Shown here: positions 60,391 through 64,000 of the stretch, one piece after another
Numbering within the stretch: position 1 is the stretch's first letter
Layout of the letters: each line of letters begins with the position of its first letter
Assembly (NCBI GenBank): GCA_043797085.1
Contig: JAZDQA010000004.1
Coordinates: 1-64,000, forward strand
DNA: 64,000 nt
Reading direction: 5' to 3'
Source: Pseudomonadota bacterium
GTDB lineage: Bacteria; Campylobacterota; Campylobacteria; Campylobacterales; Sulfurimonadaceae
Program-made: the position numbers and the translations under genes
The notes under the pieces: model-generated
The model's database searches: none
What the model saw: the letters and a program-made list of their open reading frames with translations, nothing else
What the model was told of the DNA's origin: nothing

Positions 60391-62315
60391 ATCGTGCTAC
60401 GCTTGAACATTTATTGACATTTCCAAAAGTACCAAAATTTGCGACTGAAAATTTTAATGAGCATTTTATCCAAGCAGATAAAGTTATGCTCGTATTGCTG
60501 GCCATACATTGGTTTATAGCAATTTTTATTACGTCTATTAGTTACGATACTTATAAATATGGCTTATTAAGTGGAGGTCTTATACTGCTTCCCCTTTTAG
60601 TTGCATACCGTTATTTTAGCGGTACACAGGTGATGCGTGCTCTTGTTGCAGTAGGTCTAATGTTGTTTTCACTGGTATTTATACAACAGCATCTTGGTCG
60701 TATTGAGATGCACTTTCATGTTTTTATTGCCATGGCGATGCTCACACTTTATAAAGATATTATTCCGGTTTTTGTAGCAGCAGCGACTACGATTGTTCAC
60801 CATATTGTTTTCAACTATCTTCAGTTGTATGAAGTATCATTATTCGATATGCCTGTGATGATTTTTAATTACGGATGCGGTTTTGATATTGTCTTGTTGC
60901 ATGCTGTTTTTGTGATAGCAGAAGCATTTGTGCTGGGTTACATTATAAAATTGCAAATAGAATATGCTGTGGAACTCAACCGATCTGAAAATGAGATCTC
61001 AGGACTTAATAAAAACCTTAGTTATACTTCTTTGCATGATTCATTGACAGGTCTCGCCAATCGTCAAAGCTTGTATTCACAATTAACTTTGATGGTAGAC
61101 AATGCCAATCGGTATAAAATAAAATTTGCTGTTTTATTTTTAGATTTGGACCATTTTAAAAATATTAACGATACTCTTGGTCATAATGTAGGTGATACTC
61201 TCCTTAAAGCAGTCTCCAAAAAATTAACGTCTATTGTACGAGGAAATGATGTGGTCTCACGCATTGGCGGAGATGAGTTTATTGTTATCGTAAATGATGT
61301 AAATAACCATGCTTCACTTGAACAGGTTATTGTCAAAATTTTGGAAGCATTTAGAACGGAATGGATTATCAAAGGGCATATCCTGAGATTATCGACAAGT
61401 ATTGGAGTAGCAATCTATCCGGATGATTCGCATGATATCAATGAATTAATGAAGTACGCAGATATCGCCATGTACAAATCAAAAGCAGAAGGACGTGATC
61501 AATTTAGTTTTTTTACTACCGAATTGAATCATCAAATTCATGAAGAAGTCAACATTGCTAATGATATGCAGCGTGCATTGAAAAAAGAAGAATTTGTTTT
61601 GTTTTATCAGCCGAAGATTGAAATTGAAACAGGTAAAATTATTGGTTCAGAAGCATTGATTCGTTGGAAACATCCGAAAAAAGGGCTTATTTCTCCCATT
61701 AGTTTTATACCCATTGCTGAAAATACCGGTTTTATTTTGAGTTTAGGGACGTGGGTTATCAATGAAACGGTTAAAATGATTAGGCGGATGGAAAATGCAG
61801 GATTTAATGATGTGCATGTTTCGTGTAATGTTTCAACCCGTCAGTTCCAAAACGTTAACCTCTATGCTGATATTGAATACGCCATGCAAACAAACGGGAT
61901 AAATCCTACACTCTTTGCGATTGAAATTACAGAAAGTATCATGATGGAATATCTGGAGACAACACTTGACGTACTTAAAAAGATAAAAACACTCGGAATT
62001 CATATTTGTATGGATGATTTTGGTACTGGGTATTCTTCACTTTCCTATTTGCGTAAATTCCCGATTGATTCACTGAAAATTGACAAAAGTTTTGTGGATG
62101 ATATTACAGAAGGTTCTGACAATGAGCATATTTTGATTAATACCATTATCGCTATGGGACAAACACTAAATCTTCATGTTATTGCAGAAGGGGTCGAAAA
62201 GGAGTATCAAATGGAATATTTACGTGAAAAAGGGTGTGCCTACTATCAAGGATATTATTTCTCTAAGCCTGTTCCGGAAGATGAATTTTTTATATTACTT
62301 GAAAAAAATCGTTGA
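60387..62315 (+). CDS. Membrane GGDEF-EAL protein
   Basis: His-rich TM domain (EMHFH, HH, LLHA), RGND I-site with RIGGDEF, EALIRW, DDFGTGYSS. Confidence 0.92.
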   Translation: MNRATLEHLLTFPKVPKFATENFNEHFIQADKVMLVLLAIHWFIAIFITSISYDTYKYGLLSGGLILLPLLVAYRYFSGTQVMRALVAVGLMLFSLVFIQQHLGRIEMHFHVFIAMAMLTLYKDIIPVFVAAATTIVHHIVFNYLQLYEVSLFDMPVMIFNYGCGFDIVLLHAVFVIAEAFVLGYIIKLQIEYAVELNRSENEISGLNKNLSYTSLHDSLTGLANRQSLYSQLTLMVDNANRYKIKFAVLFLDLDHFKNINDTLGHNVGDTLLKAVSKKLTSIVRGNDVVSRIGGDEFIVIVNDVNNHASLEQVIVKILEAFRTEWIIKGHILRLSTSIGVAIYPDDSHDINELMKYADIAMYKSKAEGRDQFSFFTTELNHQIHEEVNIANDMQRALKKEEFVLFYQPKIEIETGKIIGSEALIRWKHPKKGLISPISFIPIAENTGFILSLGTWVINETVKMIRRMENAGFNDVHVSCNVSTRQFQNVNLYADIEYAMQTNGINPTLFAIEITESIMMEYLETTLDVLKKIKTLGIHICMDDFGTGYSSLSYLRKFPIDSLKIDKSFVDDITEGSDNEHILINTIIAMGQTLNLHVIAEGVEKEYQMEYLREKGCAYYQGYYFSKPVPEDEFFILLEKNR

Positions 62316-62364
62316 TTCAACTATCGCAGAAGCCCGCTCTAATTCAATTTTTCCTATAATGTCA

Positions 62365-62691
62365 CAGGTACACAGGTGATAGCTTGAGCATGTCTCAAGA
62401 GGAAAGTCCGGGCTGCTGTAGGACACGGTTCCATCTAACTGATGGCCACGGTAACGTGAGGGACAGTGCAACAGAGAGTAGACCGCCACATATTCGTATG
62501 GGGTGAGGGTGAAACGGCGGGGTAAGAGCCCACCAGTCTCATAGGTAACTATGAGAGCTATGTAAACCCAACCGCGCAGCAAGAAACAGATGGTTAGCGT
62601 CCTACATTGCTATTGTTTCGCTAGAGGTCATGAGTGATCATGGCAGTAGATTAATTATCACTTCATCCAGAACCCGGCTTATGTGTACCTG
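62365..62691 (+). ncRNA. rnpB: RNase P RNA (type A)
   Basis: GAGGAAAGTCCGGGC, AGTGCAACAGAGAG, GGGTGAAACGG, AGAACCCGGCTTA; P1 CAGGTACAC/GTGTACCTG; TATAAT at 62355-62360. Confidence 0.97.
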
Positions 62692-62713
62692 CTTACCTTC
62701 AAGAATGTAGAGT

Positions 62714-62854
62714 TTATCTCTTACTCCATTTTGCATCTTTGGAATTTTCACCCCATTCTCTTTTATTCCAGAACACATAATCAATTGTTACTGCTGCTAA
62801 AAACAGCATACCTAAAATAAAAATCTCGCATTCAACGCAATCTTGAAAAAACAT
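62714..62854 (-). CDS. Small 46-aa single-TM protein with CxxC
   Basis: AGGAG RBS before ATG 62854; MFFQDCVECEIFILGMLFLAAVTIDYVFW... Confidence 0.55.
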   Translation of the reverse strand: MFFQDCVECEIFILGMLFLAAVTIDYVFWNKREWGENSKDAKWSKR

Positions 62855-63181
62855 CTTTTCTCCTTCTTCAGCAGTGATTCGGTCGACGGCATAGGATGGG
62901 ATCACATTTTTCCTTTGCTTCTACGTCCGTCACGACTTGATATATTCGTAAATACACCCATTTGCCACGTATGAGTCCAACATAAACCCATTAACCGATT
63001 GGGATGTCTAACATTTTAATTCTTTAATATGATTTTTTTATGTAGTTTATGTTAGGAATAGTAAAATAGACTCTATTCTGTTTCGTCTAATGTGTCACAT
63101 CTCCACGATTAAGAGAGTTGATAAAGTATATATTGGGATAAATGTGTGGTAAGTCCCCAAATGAATGGGGAGAAGGAGAAA

Positions 63182-64000
63182 TTAAATAAAATTAACTTTG
63201 GTAACGTGGTGATTGAGTCCTAGCTCGGCTGGAGTACATCCTAGTGCAAGACCTATCATCTGCTGCATATGAAGGACAGGAAGAGAGACGTCACGACCAA
63301 TAGCAACGGATGCATGGTGGGTTTGGGTATCAAGTTTAAGGTGGCAAAGAGGACATGGCGTAACCATCCAATCCGCATTGGCATCCATAGCACCTGCTAC
63401 TGCATTTCCGGTTAGAACAGCAGCCGTATGAGGTGCTTGAAGCTCAGCATGGAAACCGCAACATTTGTTTTTCTCAACATAATCAACATTCTTACCGCCA
63501 CATGCGATGATAAGATCATCGAGCGATGTTGGGGTATAAGGATTTTCGTGACCTTTATGAGTCTCATTTTGAAGCTCTGAGGGACGAATGTTGTGACAAC
63601 CGTAAAACGGTGCAATGTTAAATTGGCTTAAAGGTTTTACAACCATTTCTTTAATCTTATCTAAACCAAAATCGTCGATGATAGCATACAAGAAGTGAGT
63701 AATCAGTGAAGTACCTTTGTACTCCAAACCAACTTCTGCAAGTTTTTCATTGACTTTTGCTTTTAGTTCTGCATTTTGGTCAAGTCTATGTTTTGTCATC
63801 GCCGTGTTGAGCTGACAAGTATTACAGATAGTAACCATTGTTAGACCATGCATTTCAGCATAAGCAATATTCCGTGCATTTAAAACTAAAGATAAAAAGT
63901 CATCATAATCTTGCAAGTGTGAAGCGCCACAACATGAAGCTTCAGTAAGTTCTATGAGTTCTATTCCAAGTTTCTTTGCAACTGCCAGTGTAGACATCAT
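63182..64000 (-). CDS. CCG-domain HdrB-like subunit (SdhE/MfrE type), 5' end probably truncated by the window
   Basis: SCCGAS, ICNTC, FYGCH, KCCGFH, PCPLC. Confidence 0.88.
   Translation of the reverse strand: MMSTLAVAKKLGIELIELTEASCCGASHLQDYDDFLSLVLNARNIAYAEMHGLTMVTICNTCQLNTAMTKHRLDQNAELKAKVNEKLAEVGLEYKGTSLITHFLYAIIDDFGLDKIKEMVVKPLSQFNIAPFYGCHNIRPSELQNETHKGHENPYTPTSLDDLIIACGGKNVDYVEKNKCCGFHAELQAPHTAAVLTGNAVAGAMDANADWMVTPCPLCHLKLDTQTHHASVAIGRDVSLPVLHMQQMIGLALGCTPAELGLNHHVTKVNFI

Noticed and set aside
62295..62582. 95-aa ORF on the minus strand
   Set aside because: Antisense shadow of RNase P RNA.
62860..63010. c-di-GMP-I riboswitch (GGCAAA and GCAAAG motifs on the minus strand)
   Set aside because: The P1/P2 stems and the GNRA tetraloop-receptor geometry could not be built.

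Overview
The window looks like chromosome of a Campylobacterota (Epsilonproteobacteria) bacterium, probably a Sulfuricurvum/Sulfurimonas-like chemolithotroph. This is inferred from the flgA-ubiX-coaD-tmk-hisS-speA-cysE order and the icd-mdh-fumC-sucCD-oorDABC cluster. Bases ~1-19.2 kb are an accessory, defence-type island next to the 3' end of a tRNA-Gln/fMet/fMet operon. The island encodes a 1631-aa exonuclease-RecQ-UvrD fusion facing a minus-strand gene run: sbcD-sbcC, an AT-rich block (SIR2, HerA, KTSC, Cap4/DUF4297-like nuclease-TPR), then a DUF2779-type nuclease and a dGTPase. The rest is mostly core genome. It also holds a two-gene SufC/SufB(D) pair, an EF-hand protein with a two-component system, and two AT-rich islets next to REP-like inverted doublets. 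One islet is flanked by a duplicated lolA 3' end; the other carries a HEPN-motif protein. Further features are two candidate sRNAs upstream of mltG, a sensor-SCO-GGDEF/EAL operon and RNase P RNA. All family calls come from motif recognition by eye, and GC contrasts are qualitative; no searches or computations were run.
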